Below are positions 10,069-19,791 of a stretch of DNA of 64,000 nucleotides, piece by piece. Origin of the DNA: Nanobdellota archaeon (lineage in GTDB: Archaea; Nanobdellota; Nanobdellia; Woesearchaeales; GW2011-AR4); contig JBBSWH010000011.1 in NCBI GenBank assembly GCA_038046385.1, positions 1 through 64,000 of the forward strand, in the 5' to 3' direction. The position numbers and the translations under genes were made by a program. How positions within the stretch are numbered: the first letter of the stretch is position 1; every line of letters begins with the position of its first letter. The notes under the pieces are model-generated. The model made no database searches. It was not told the DNA's origin and was given only the letters and a program-made list of their open reading frames with translations.

Positions 10069-10315
10069 CATCATTGAGGACATGCTGTCTTCCATCATAA
10101 ACAAAGGCGGACACATAAAGCCGACTCATTTGATGTACAAGTCCAATATGTCCCATGGCCAGATGAAGACTTACCTTGAAGACCTTGTAAGCAAAGACCT
10201 TGTCAAGAAGTCAAAAAAAAATGAGTACGATTACATCATAATAACGGATAAGGGATATGAATTTGTGCAGAAGCTGAAGCAGATGCGCGAGTTTGAGAAG
10301 GCTTTTGGGCTTTGA
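10043..10315 (+). CDS. Archaeal winged-helix DNA-binding protein (HTH_45-like)
   Basis: KRTKIDII.DML, KPTHLMYKSNMS, YL..LV..DLV, ITDKGYEF. Confidence 0.85.
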   Translation: MDGKRTKIDIIEDMLSSIINKGGHIKPTHLMYKSNMSHGQMKTYLEDLVSKDLVKKSKKNEYDYIIITDKGYEFVQKLKQMREFEKAFGL

Positions 10316-10360
10316 TTCTAAACAAAAATATATATAAACAATAGTAATCTTTCTTTTCTT

Positions 10361-10645
10361 ATGGAAATTGACAGAAAGCTTCTCCAGCACGTTGCAGAAG
10401 TTGCAAGGCTGAAATTAACAGAAGATGAAATAAAGAAATTTCTTCCTCAATTGGAGGAAGCATTGGAGTTCTTTTCAAAATTGCAGGAAGTTAATACAGA
10501 CGGCATCAAGCCTAACTTCCAGCCGATTGAACTAAAAAATGTAATGCGCGATGACATTGAGAAAAAATGCCTAACGCAGGACGAAGCCCTATCATTGACA
10601 GAGCACAAGAAAGACGGGTATTTCAAGGGGCCGAGAGCAGTATGA
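10361..10645 (+). CDS. gatC: Asp/Glu-tRNA amidotransferase subunit C
   Basis: [23 protein letters not shown]; upstream of gatA. Confidence 0.92.
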   Translation: MEIDRKLLQHVAEVARLKLTEDEIKKFLPQLEEALEFFSKLQEVNTDGIKPNFQPIELKNVMRDDIEKKCLTQDEALSLTEHKKDGYFKGPRAV

Positions 10646-11214
10646 AACAAATAATTTTGACAATAATGGTTTTGATGCTTGCTTCATGCGCATCAAATGC
10701 AAATAATGATGCATACGGAAAAGATGTTCAAGTTGAAAAAGCAGCAATATCGGCAAACCAAGAATCTACAGGAGGAATTCAAATGAAATATGTTACAATT
10801 GAAACAGGCAAAGGCACAATAAAGGCAGAGCTTTACACAGAAAAAGCTCCGATAACTACAACAAACTTCATAGGTTTAGCTAACTCTGGATTTTACAACG
10901 GATTAACATTCCACAGAGTTGAGTCTGGATTTGTAGTCCAAGGCGGAGATCCAAAAGGAGATGGAACAGGAGGTTCCGGAAAATCAATCCCATTAGAAAT
11001 AAAACCGGAATTAAAGCACGTCAAAGGCGCTTTGGCAATGGCAAGGACACAGGACCCAAACAGTGCAACATCTCAATTTTACATAACCCTTAACGATGCA
11101 CACTTCCTTGATGGAAGTTATGCTGTATTCGGAAAAGTGGTATCCGGAATGGATGCTGTTGAGCAGATTAAAGTAGGCGACAAGATGAACAAAGTTTACA
11201 TAACAGACAAGTAA
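10642..11214 (+). CDS. Cyclophilin-type peptidyl-prolyl isomerase with lipoprotein signal
   Basis: Start re-called at MKQIIL (ATGA overlap with gatC); LASC lipobox; [41 protein letters not shown]. Confidence 0.92.
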   Translation: MKQIILTIMVLMLASCASNANNDAYGKDVQVEKAAISANQESTGGIQMKYVTIETGKGTIKAELYTEKAPITTTNFIGLANSGFYNGLTFHRVESGFVVQGGDPKGDGTGGSGKSIPLEIKPELKHVKGALAMARTQDPNSATSQFYITLNDAHFLDGSYAVFGKVVSGMDAVEQIKVGDKMNKVYITDK

Positions 11215-11216
11215 AG

Positions 11217-12641
11217 ATGGATATAAAACATTTCATTGAAAGCGCAAGAAACGGAAGCATTGACTTAGTCGAGCATACACATAAGGTCATTGAAGAATCC
11301 AAAAAAATAAACAAAGACTACAATTATTTCAACACAATTTCTGAAGGATTGGCATTAGAACAGGCCAATCATCTTAAAAAATTAATCAAAAGCAGCGACA
11401 AGAGCATAAAAAACAAAAAATTGTTTGGAGTTGCAATCTCAATCAAGGATAGCATTTGCGTTAAAGGCGTTGAAAGCACAGCCGGCTCAAGAATTCTCAA
11501 AGGGTACAGGCCGCTTTTCAACGCAACTGTTGTTGAAAAAATAATAAACGAAGGGGGCATAATAATAGGAAAAACTTCACAAGACGAATTCGGCTTCGGA
11601 AGCTTTTCCGTGCATTCAGGCTTCAAAATACCGAAAAATCCGATTGACCCGGAAAGATCATGCGGCGGCTCTTCAGGAGGCGCAGCAGGAATCGCAAAAA
11701 AAGCAACCTTCCAGCATGTTTCTGTTGGCGAATCAACCGGCGGAAGCATTGCAGAGCCAGCCTCATTCTGCGATGTTTTTGGAATGTGCCCCACATACGG
11801 AAGAGTTTCAAGATACGGCCTGATAGATTTTGGAAATTCTCTTGACAAAATAGGCCCGATGGGAAAAACTTGCCATGAAACTGCTCTGTTGCAGGAAGTC
11901 TTGTCAGGATACGACGAAAATGACAGCACTTCTGTAAACGCTCCGGTTGATGATTATACTGATTTTACTCCAAGCAAAAAAATGAAAATCGGAGTCATAA
12001 AGGAAGCATTTGACAAAGGATTGGACAAAAACGTTGAGAAAAATGTATGGGCATCAATAAACAAGCTGGAAGGCAACGGAGTGCATTACGAAGAAATAAG
12101 TTTGGAAATGCCAATCAAGTACGGGTTGGCAACATATTATATGATAGGCACATCAGAAGCTTCAACTAATTTGTCAAAATACTGCGGCATGCGATACGGC
12201 GCTTCTGAAAAATTAGAAGGGTCTTTCAATGAATATTTCACAAAGGTAAGGAGCACAAATCTTGGAGAAGAGGCAAAAAGAAGAATCATCCTGGGAACAT
12301 TCGCGAGAATGTCCGGATTTCGTGATGCGTACTACATCAAGGCAATGAAAGTAAGAACAATGATAACAAAAGAATACAAAAAAGCATTCAAGAAATATGA
12401 TGCGCTTGTAAGCCCTGCTGTTCCAATCCTTCCGCCAAAATTTTCCGAGATTAAAAAACTGACTCCATTGGAGAATTATATGATGGACATCATGCTTACT
12501 GGCCCGAACATATGCGGGCTTCCCCATTTAAGCGTGCCCTCAGGCTACTCAAACAAGCTCCCAATTGGAACTTTGTTCATAGGAGACCATCTGCAGGAAA
12601 AGAAATTGTTTCAATTAGGGCATTTATTAGAGGGAAAATGA
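11217..12641 (+). CDS. gatA: Asp/Glu-tRNA amidotransferase subunit A
   Basis: Amidase signature IKDSI, GGSSGG, STGGSI, PTYGRVSRYGL, EASTNLSKY.G.RYG, KRRIILGT. Confidence 0.95.
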   Translation: MDIKHFIESARNGSIDLVEHTHKVIEESKKINKDYNYFNTISEGLALEQANHLKKLIKSSDKSIKNKKLFGVAISIKDSICVKGVESTAGSRILKGYRPLFNATVVEKIINEGGIIIGKTSQDEFGFGSFSVHSGFKIPKNPIDPERSCGGSSGGAAGIAKKATFQHVSVGESTGGSIAEPASFCDVFGMCPTYGRVSRYGLIDFGNSLDKIGPMGKTCHETALLQEVLSGYDENDSTSVNAPVDDYTDFTPSKKMKIGVIKEAFDKGLDKNVEKNVWASINKLEGNGVHYEEISLEMPIKYGLATYYMIGTSEASTNLSKYCGMRYGASEKLEGSFNEYFTKVRSTNLGEEAKRRIILGTFARMSGFRDAYYIKAMKVRTMITKEYKKAFKKYDALVSPAVPILPPKFSEIKKLTPLENYMMDIMLTGPNICGLPHLSVPSGYSNKLPIGTLFIGDHLQEKKLFQLGHLLEGK

Positions 12642-12775
12642 ACAAGAAATGTATGAAATGCAATGTGCCTCTTGAAGGGTTTTTGTACGGATTAATTGCA
12701 AAGCCGATATTTGGAGTAAAACCAAGCAAAAAAAACAGAGATTTGTGCAATAAATGCGAAAATAAGGAAAAATGA
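12638..12775 (+). CDS. 45-aa CxxC...CxxC zinc-finger microprotein
   Basis: MNKKCMKC...LCNKCENKEK; ATGA overlaps with both gatA and gatB. Confidence 0.7.
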   Translation: MNKKCMKCNVPLEGFLYGLIAKPIFGVKPSKKNRDLCNKCENKEK

Positions 12776-14187
12776 AAAAATTCACAACAGACATTGTAAT
12801 TGGACTTGAAATTCACGTAGAGCTAAACACAAAAACAAAATTATTCTGCGGCTGCCCGACTAAAGGAAACGAAGAGCCGAATACACGAACTTGTCCAACC
12901 TGTTTAGGAATGCCAGGCTCAAAGCCGGTTCTGAACAGAAAAGCAGTTGAGTTTGCGTTAAAGCTGTGCATGGCGCTGAACTGCGACATTTCAAATGAGC
13001 TTGTGTTTTCAAGAAAATCATACTTTTATCCGGACATGGCAAAGAATTATCAGATTTCCCAGTATGAAGTTCCATTGGGAAAAAAAGGAATCCTGAAATT
13101 AAAAGAAGGCAAGGAAATTGGAATAACCAGAGTGCATATGGAAGAAGACCCTGCTTCTCTTGTTCATCCTGCCGGCATGAAAGACAGCTCTTACGTTCTT
13201 GTGGATTATAACAGATCCGGAAATCCGCTTGTTGAGATTGTCACAGAGCCTGATTTCACAAGCGCAGAGGAAGCAAGGGATTTTATGAAGCAGTTAATCA
13301 CGGTTCTCGATTATCTTGAGATTTTTGACGTGAACAGCGGAATCATAAAAGCAGATGCCAACATCTCGATAAAAGAAAGCAGTTACACAAGAGTCGAGAT
13401 AAAGAACATCACAGGGTTTAAGGAAATTGAAAGGGCATTGCTTTACGAAATACAGAGGCAAAAAGAAGAAACAAGGCACAAAAGAAGCCTGTATCAGGAG
13501 ACAAGAGCATGGGATTCTGAAAAAGGAATAACATTCTCATTAAGAAAAAAAGAAACAGAAGAAGATTATGGCTACATAATTGATAGTGACTTAACCCTTG
13601 TTGATATAACAGCAGACTGGCTGATGAAAATAAAAAGCGAAATGCCTGAGCTTGCTCAAGATAAAGTTAAGAAGTTTATTGATAAATACGGCTTGAAAAA
13701 AGAAGATGCAGAGGTTATTGCAAGCGATAAGCCATTGGCAGAATTATTGGAAAAAGTTGCAAAACATGCCGATGCAACCCTTGCTGCAAAATGGGTAAGG
13801 CGAGAAGTAACAAGAGTGCTGAACTACAGCAAAAAAACACTTCATGAGTCAAAGATAACAGAAAAAAACCTTACTGATTTATTGAAGCTCATACAAAATA
13901 AAAAAATAACAGAGCAAGTCGGACAGAAAATAATCGAGATGCTTGCTGAAAATGATTTTGATGTAAATGAATACGTTAAAAAAGAAAAATTAGAAGCTGT
14001 TTCAGACTCATCCGAGCTAGAGAGGTTCTGCATTGCGGCAATAAATGAAAATACAAAAGCAGTCGAAGATTACAGGAAAGGCGAGATGAAGGCGTTGAAC
14101 TTCATTGTTGGCTCTGTAATGAAAAAGACAAAAGGAAAAGCAACGCCGAAAGAAGTCAATGAGATAATAATTAGAATTTTAAGGTAA
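12772..14187 (+). CDS. gatB: Asp/Glu-tRNA amidotransferase subunit B
   Basis: IGLEIHVEL.TKTKLFC, RKSYFYPD, HMEED, DYNRSG.PLVEIVTEPD, EIKNI, QETR, C-terminal Yqey-like domain. Confidence 0.96.
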   Translation: MKKFTTDIVIGLEIHVELNTKTKLFCGCPTKGNEEPNTRTCPTCLGMPGSKPVLNRKAVEFALKLCMALNCDISNELVFSRKSYFYPDMAKNYQISQYEVPLGKKGILKLKEGKEIGITRVHMEEDPASLVHPAGMKDSSYVLVDYNRSGNPLVEIVTEPDFTSAEEARDFMKQLITVLDYLEIFDVNSGIIKADANISIKESSYTRVEIKNITGFKEIERALLYEIQRQKEETRHKRSLYQETRAWDSEKGITFSLRKKETEEDYGYIIDSDLTLVDITADWLMKIKSEMPELAQDKVKKFIDKYGLKKEDAEVIASDKPLAELLEKVAKHADATLAAKWVRREVTRVLNYSKKTLHESKITEKNLTDLLKLIQNKKITEQVGQKIIEMLAENDFDVNEYVKKEKLEAVSDSSELERFCIAAINENTKAVEDYRKGEMKALNFIVGSVMKKTKGKATPKEVNEIIIRILR

Positions 14188-14802
14188 ATTTTGTATAGTT
14201 GTCTTATATCTTACAGTTTCATTCATTCCAACAACACAGTTAGGGCCTATGTTGCAGAATTCCCCTACATTTGCTCCGTACATTATTCTAGCACCTGGTT
14301 GTATTATTGTTCCTCTGCCTATTTTTGAGCCAGCACCTACAAAAACTTGAGGTGTTATAACAACCCCATCTCCAATTTCAGATGATTCTATTACGGAATA
14401 AGCATTGACAGCTACAAAGTCTCCCATTTTAACACTCGGGTTGACTTCTGCTTTGTTGTACACTATCACACCTCTGCCTAATGAAACTTCGAACTTGTCC
14501 TGTATCTCTTGATCAACCAGCGTTGGAAATTCAAAGCCATCGGCAAGCAGTTCCAAACCCATTTGAAGTCTTACATCCGTAGGATACATAAAACCGAGAA
14601 CAAGCTGATTAATCCCTTTACTATCTCTTAATTCTTTAAGGTCGCTTGGTTTACCTATTATTGGAACCGGGTAACCATGTTTTGCTTTTTTATCATCTAC
14701 AAATCCAGCTACTGTGTACAAACCGGAAAACTCTTGCCTTATATATTCTGCAATTCCAATCCCTGTAAGTCCTGCTCCGTATATTATGAGTTTCTGCGCC
14801 AT
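14179..14802 (-). CDS. PglD/NeuD-like hexapeptide-repeat sugar acetyltransferase
   Basis: IIYGAG, GFVDD, left-handed beta-helix repeats IGDGVVI/IGRGTII/IGPNCVV. Confidence 0.8.
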   Translation of the reverse strand: MAQKLIIYGAGLTGIGIAEYIRQEFSGLYTVAGFVDDKKAKHGYPVPIIGKPSDLKELRDSKGINQLVLGFMYPTDVRLQMGLELLADGFEFPTLVDQEIQDKFEVSLGRGVIVYNKAEVNPSVKMGDFVAVNAYSVIESSEIGDGVVITPQVFVGAGSKIGRGTIIQPGARIMYGANVGEFCNIGPNCVVGMNETVRYKTTIQNLP

Positions 14803-14807
14803 TTTAT

Positions 14808-16025
14808 TTAAAACTCCAGTTCCAAAACTCTGCCTGCGTCTTCTTTTACTCTTTTCTCAAAATCAGGCACAGTCTCCCCTTCCTGTTTCTCTGAACTTAA
14901 GAGTTTTATCAGAGATTTTACAAGAAGTTCTTCCTTCTCAACGCTTAAATCATCCAGTTTAATCTGCCCAAGATGCTCTTTTATCAAAAATGATTCTATA
15001 TCTTCTGTGTTCCTCGCATCGGTTTTTATCTCGTCAAACTCCTTCGACATTACAGCATGCGAGCTTTTCATTACAAAATAAGCTGATTTTTGGTACAAAA
15101 ACTCAAATATCTCCCTAAAGTTTATATCAGATGCTTTTCCGGATTCAAGAACTCCATGAAGCCGTATCAAAACAATTGTATTGTTGAGCGCTTTCTTCTT
15201 GAAATGCTCAAAAATTTCATCTTTTATTTTGTCAGGTGTCTTATGGTCGCATTTGATATTCAGCTTTTCAACATTATAGATTTGTATCGGCTCCCATCTT
15301 AAATTGCCATCTTCAACAATGTAAAATCCGCCTCTCTCAAGCTTTTCAAGCTCAGCAAAGCTGTTCGGGAACAATGGGCCGGGATATGCAATTTTTCCGT
15401 AGCCTTCAATCTGTTTGTCTTCTACAATATGAACGTGGCCTCCGGCATAATAGTCAAATCCTTTTGGAAGCAAGGAAAGCGGCTGCGAGATTATGTTTTC
15501 CATCTCTTTTGGCTTAAGCTCATCAATTCCGCTGTGAAAAATAAAAATTTTGTATCCGTCTTCTTTCTCCAGATTTTCTGTAACAAGTTTTTCATAATAC
15601 ATCTTTTCCAATGATCCTCTTTTGCCCAGCATTCCTGTTATCTTTGCGCCTGTTTTCTTGTCAACTGTAAACTTTAATTTCAGCTTTCCTTCTTCAACAG
15701 ACCCTTTGAAAACATTAAAAAATAATCCGGCTTCTTCCAGGACATCAAGAATTGTTTTGCCTGAAGCGCTGTAGTCATGCGATCCAGGCACAATATACAC
15801 GGGAATTCCCATATCCTTAACCTGCCTTAATTTTGAAACAACAGACTTAAGATTATCCAATCTTGGAAATGATGTGTTGAACATGTCCCCTGCTATAAGA
15901 ATAAAATCAACTTTCTCTTTTATTGACATATCAATCGCCTTAACAAAGGCATGCGTGCTAATGTCTTTTAATTTCGGGTCCCTCCAGGATCCAATATGGC
16001 AGTCAGCCATGTGCGTGAATTTCAT
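14808..16025 (-). CDS. mre11: Mre11/SbcD DNA repair nuclease
   Basis: HMADCHIG, AGDMF, PGSHD, FHS, YYAGGHVH, YPG. Confidence 0.88.
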   Translation of the reverse strand: MKFTHMADCHIGSWRDPKLKDISTHAFVKAIDMSIKEKVDFILIAGDMFNTSFPRLDNLKSVVSKLRQVKDMGIPVYIVPGSHDYSASGKTILDVLEEAGLFFNVFKGSVEEGKLKLKFTVDKKTGAKITGMLGKRGSLEKMYYEKLVTENLEKEDGYKIFIFHSGIDELKPKEMENIISQPLSLLPKGFDYYAGGHVHIVEDKQIEGYGKIAYPGPLFPNSFAELEKLERGGFYIVEDGNLRWEPIQIYNVEKLNIKCDHKTPDKIKDEIFEHFKKKALNNTIVLIRLHGVLESGKASDINFREIFEFLYQKSAYFVMKSSHAVMSKEFDEIKTDARNTEDIESFLIKEHLGQIKLDDLSVEKEELLVKSLIKLLSSEKQEGETVPDFEKRVKEDAGRVLELEF

Positions 16026-16187
16026 AATGGTGGTAATCGCCCCACATTTTTAAACTTATTGAGGAGAAATTGTAGCCTTATTGTATACTGATGTGCACTT
16101 CCTAACGGCAAAAAACAAAAACTATATAAGCAAAAACATTTTCACAGACGTTAAAATAAATCTAAATTAAAACCAAAAGGTGATTAA

Positions 16188-16430
16188 ATGGGAGAAGTTG
16201 TATGCAAGTGTGGAGTTAAGAGGCAATCAGGATACCTCTACTTCGTAAATAAAGACGGCCACTGCGCAAGAGTTGCGATGGCAAGAGCAGGAAAGAAGTC
16301 AAGCAAGAAGCAGGAAGTGCTTCACAAGTGCGGAATCAAGAGAAAGACCGGATACTTGTATTATGTTGACAAGAAAGGAAATGTTGTCGCAACCAAGATG
16401 AACAGGGGCGGCAGGAAAAAGAAGAAGTAA
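16188..16430 (+). CDS. Small basic protein with two internal repeats, putative nucleic-acid binding
   Basis: Repeats KCGVKRQSGYLYFVNKDG / KCGIKRKTGYLYYVDKKG; GGTGAT RBS upstream; T-rich terminator downstream. Confidence 0.8.
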   Translation: MGEVVCKCGVKRQSGYLYFVNKDGHCARVAMARAGKKSSKKQEVLHKCGIKRKTGYLYYVDKKGNVVATKMNRGGRKKKK

Positions 16431-16465
16431 TTCTTCTTTTATTTTTTTTCTTTTTTTATTTTTTT
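16431..16465 (+). terminator. Oligo-T archaeal-type terminator
   Basis: Several T-tracts directly after the stop codon. Confidence 0.55.
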
Positions 16466-16515
16466 AAGTTGATTTCTTGATAAAATTTATATACTAATTG
16501 TATTCAATGGGCAAT

Positions 16516-16794
16516 ATGTCAGAGAGAAAAGAAGCATGGATGAGGATAGTTGTTGGAATTGTTTCAGGAATAATCATCGGCTTATGGAAAGTAGTTGTGG
16601 AAGTTATTTCAGTATTCCACTGGTTCTATGTTTTGTTTTCAGGCAAAAGAAGCAAAAGAATTGCAGAATTCTGCAATCTCTGGATACCTAATGCTTACAG
16701 GTTCATGAGGTACATGACTTTCACGACAAACAGCAGGCCTTTCCCGTTTAATGACACGGAAAAGCCAATGCATCCTGTCGAAATGAAAAAATAA
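16516..16794 (+). CDS. DUF4389-like small membrane protein
   Basis: HWFYVLFSGKR, YRFMRYMTFTTNSRPFPF. Confidence 0.75.
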   Translation: MSERKEAWMRIVVGIVSGIIIGLWKVVVEVISVFHWFYVLFSGKRSKRIAEFCNLWIPNAYRFMRYMTFTTNSRPFPFNDTEKPMHPVEMKK

Positions 16795-17427
16795 TCAGAT
16801 TCTTCCCGATTTAAGATACTCGTCAAGATCATCCTTCTCAAGATGCTTTTTTGAAGTAAACTTCCTGTAGAATTTCTTTTTTTCTTTCTTTAGCATTAGC
16901 CCATACATCAATCCGAGCCCCATTCCTGCAAGGTGCGCGATGCTTCCGATTCCTGTCGGAAAAAACACACCGAAAACATCCATCAGCGCGAAAAATATTC
17001 CGCCTACCCATAACGGCGCAGGCACCACATAAAACAAAAGTATTGGCAAATCCGGCATAAGAATAACTATGACGCCTACAAGCCCCATTATTGCGCCGCT
17101 TGCTCCCAGTGCGTTCGTGTAAAAAAAGCTCGACAGAAAACCGGCAATTATTCCTGTTGCAAGATAAAACGAGATGAATCTTCTTGTCCCGATTCTCGCT
17201 TCAAGCAGCGGACCAAACATAAACAGCCCCCACATGTTAAACAGCAGATGATAAGGGCTTCCGTGCAGGAACATATGTGTTACAAGAATCCACGGCCTTG
17301 AATAAATATCACTGGATGCAAGCAAAAAAGAATCAGTAAACCAGTCTCCAAGCGCCATCTGCAGCAAGAAAATAAGAGTATCTGCAACAATCAAAGCCAT
17401 GACTGCATTTTTTATTTGAAATCCCAT
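16795..17427 (-). CDS. Rhomboid intramembrane serine protease
   Basis: RPW..VTHMFLHGS..HLLFNM, GASGA, AHLAG. Confidence 0.93.
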   Translation of the reverse strand: MGFQIKNAVMALIVADTLIFLLQMALGDWFTDSFLLASSDIYSRPWILVTHMFLHGSPYHLLFNMWGLFMFGPLLEARIGTRRFISFYLATGIIAGFLSSFFYTNALGASGAIMGLVGVIVILMPDLPILLFYVVPAPLWVGGIFFALMDVFGVFFPTGIGSIAHLAGMGLGLMYGLMLKKEKKKFYRKFTSKKHLEKDDLDEYLKSGRI

Positions 17428-17452
17428 AGAAACAATAATGTGGCGTTGCTTT

Positions 17453-17914
17453 TTAAATATTGTCAATCATCTCAAATCCCTTCAGCGCCATTACTCTTAC
17501 ATCATCAGGAACATGGTTTTTTCCTAATTCCTCTTTTGAAAGCCATTGGAAGCTGTTAAGCTCTTCATTTATCTGCAGCTTTTCAGGATTTAAAGCCCTG
17601 CACACATAAAAAAAGCAGCAATGATCATGATCATTTGCAGGATGCACATTCACATTGAAAGGCAATGCAAGATTCCTTTTGACTGGGTAATTGACAGGAA
17701 AGTTGCTCTGATTCAAAATCTCAATATCCATTCCGGTCTCTTCTTTCACTTCCCTGTGCAGCGCATCATCCGGAGTCTCATCCGGGTCAATATGCCCTCC
17801 GACAGGAAGCCATAAATTAAGCTTTTTGTGATGCACAAGCAAAACTTTGTTATTATAATAGATATATCCTGCAACCACTAAGTCTGTTTTCATCATTTTA
17901 GTTATATTGTCCAA
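17453..17914 (-). CDS. NUDIX hydrolase
   Basis: Nudix box GGHIDPDETPDDALHREVKEETG. Confidence 0.92.
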   Translation of the reverse strand: MDNITKMMKTDLVVAGYIYYNNKVLLVHHKKLNLWLPVGGHIDPDETPDDALHREVKEETGMDIEILNQSNFPVNYPVKRNLALPFNVNVHPANDHDHCCFFYVCRALNPEKLQINEELNSFQWLSKEELGKNHVPDDVRVMALKGFEMIDNI

Positions 17915-18065
17915 AATATAAATTTATCCTTAATTAATTTCCATACTGAAAACAAATTTAGATTATTCATTAAAACACAAACTATAAATAAAACGTGTTT
18001 CATTTCCAATTAATGCAACAAAGATTTTTTCAAATCAATTCTAAAGATTTTCGAGGTGAATCCTT

Positions 18066-19784
18066 CTGGTAAAATATATTGTAGTAGCCGGAGGAGTAAT
18101 GTCCGGTGTAGGAAAGGGGGTTACAACAGCGTCTATAGGAAAAATTCTTAAGGAGCATGGCTACAGTGTAACAGCAATCAAAATTGATCCTTACTTAAAT
18201 TATGATGCTGGAACTTTAAGGCCGACAGAGCACGGCGAGGTCTGGGTTACAGACGACGGAGGAGAGATTGACCAGGATCTTGGAACTTATGAGCGTTTTC
18301 TCGATATGGACATTCCCAGAAAAAACAACATGACAACCGGCCAGGTTTACAAGACTGTGATTGATAAGGAAAGGCAGGGAGAATACCTTGGCCAGACAGT
18401 TCAATTCATACCACATATTCCTGATGAAATCAAAAAGAGAATAAAAGATGCTTCCAATGGCTACGACTTTGTTTTGATAGAGGTTGGAGGCACAATAGGA
18501 GATTACGAAAACATCCCATTTTTGTTTGCAATGAAAAGCCTCGAAAGAGAAGTCGGAAAACACAGCCTGTCTTATATCCTTGTTACATACCTTCCAATAC
18601 CGAGCCATATTGAGGAGATGAAAACAAAGCCTACGCAGCAGGCAATAAGATTATTGAGCGAATCAGGAATTTTCCCTGACTTTATAATTTGCAGGGCAAA
18701 AAAGCCATTAGACATCCCAAGGAAAAATAAAATTGAAACATATGCTAACATAGTTTCAGATCATATTATCTCGGAGCCGGACATCGATACAGTATACCAG
18801 ATTCCTCTTGATTTGGAAAAAGAAAAGTTCGGAGAAAAAATACTGAAAGAATTTGGAATGAAGTCAAAAAAGCAGCCGAATTGGGCAGAATGGAAAAAGC
18901 TTGTTGACAACATACTGACCCCAAAAAAGAAAGTAAAGATTGCAATTGTCGGAAAATACATAGAAATAGGGGATTACGCGCTTGCAGACTCATACCTTTC
19001 AATAAATCAGTCGCTTCTTCATGCAGGCGCTTCATTGTCAGCTGCAGTCGAGATAGACTGGCTTGACTCAAAGAAATTTGAAGATGATAAAAAAGCAGTA
19101 AACACCCTAAAGGGCTATGACGGAATAATTGTCCCGGGCGGTTTTGGATCTTCAGGAGTTGAAGGCAAGATACTGGCTGCAAATTATGCAAGGGTCAACA
19201 AGATTCCGTATCTTGGGCTTTGCTATGGATTACAGCTTGCTGTAGTGGAATTCGCAAGGAATGTTTGCGGCTTGAAAGATGCGCACACAACAGAAGTTAA
19301 TCAAAAAACTTCAAATCCTGTAATCGACGTTCAGCCTGCGCAAAAAGAAATCATTGAGAAAAACATGTACGGCGGCACCATGAGGCTCGGAGCATATTCT
19401 GCTGTTATGAAAGAAAAAACCAAAATCCTGAAGTTATATGAAGAAACCGGAAGATTAAAAGATGATACAGAAAGAATCCACGAACTCTTAAAAGACAAGT
19501 CGCAGGCATTCAGAATCGGCGTTGTTGAAAAAGGAAAAAAAGTTGTTCTTGAAAGGCACCGCCACAGATACGAAGTCAATCCAAAATATGTTGAATTATT
19601 GGAGAAGAACGGAATGGTATTTTCCGGATACTATGAACGTTTTGACAAAACAAGATTAATGGAATACATCGAATTGCCAAACCACCCATTCTTTGTAGGA
19701 ACACAGGCGCATCCTGAATTCAAGAGCAGGCTGGGAAATCCCTCTCCATTGTTTTACGGGTTTGTGAAGGCGTGCTTGAAATAA
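18066..19784 (+). CDS. pyrG: CTP synthase, probable CTG start codon
   Basis: (M)VKYIVVAGGVMSGVGKG, KIDPYLN, HGEVWV, GLCYGLQ, RHRHRYEV, QAHPEF; in-frame TGA at 18057 limits the start position. Confidence 0.95.
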   Translation: MVKYIVVAGGVMSGVGKGVTTASIGKILKEHGYSVTAIKIDPYLNYDAGTLRPTEHGEVWVTDDGGEIDQDLGTYERFLDMDIPRKNNMTTGQVYKTVIDKERQGEYLGQTVQFIPHIPDEIKKRIKDASNGYDFVLIEVGGTIGDYENIPFLFAMKSLEREVGKHSLSYILVTYLPIPSHIEEMKTKPTQQAIRLLSESGIFPDFIICRAKKPLDIPRKNKIETYANIVSDHIISEPDIDTVYQIPLDLEKEKFGEKILKEFGMKSKKQPNWAEWKKLVDNILTPKKKVKIAIVGKYIEIGDYALADSYLSINQSLLHAGASLSAAVEIDWLDSKKFEDDKKAVNTLKGYDGIIVPGGFGSSGVEGKILAANYARVNKIPYLGLCYGLQLAVVEFARNVCGLKDAHTTEVNQKTSNPVIDVQPAQKEIIEKNMYGGTMRLGAYSAVMKEKTKILKLYEETGRLKDDTERIHELLKDKSQAFRIGVVEKGKKVVLERHRHRYEVNPKYVELLEKNGMVFSGYYERFDKTRLMEYIELPNHPFFVGTQAHPEFKSRLGNPSPLFYGFVKACLK

Positions 19785-19791
19785 CCAATAA

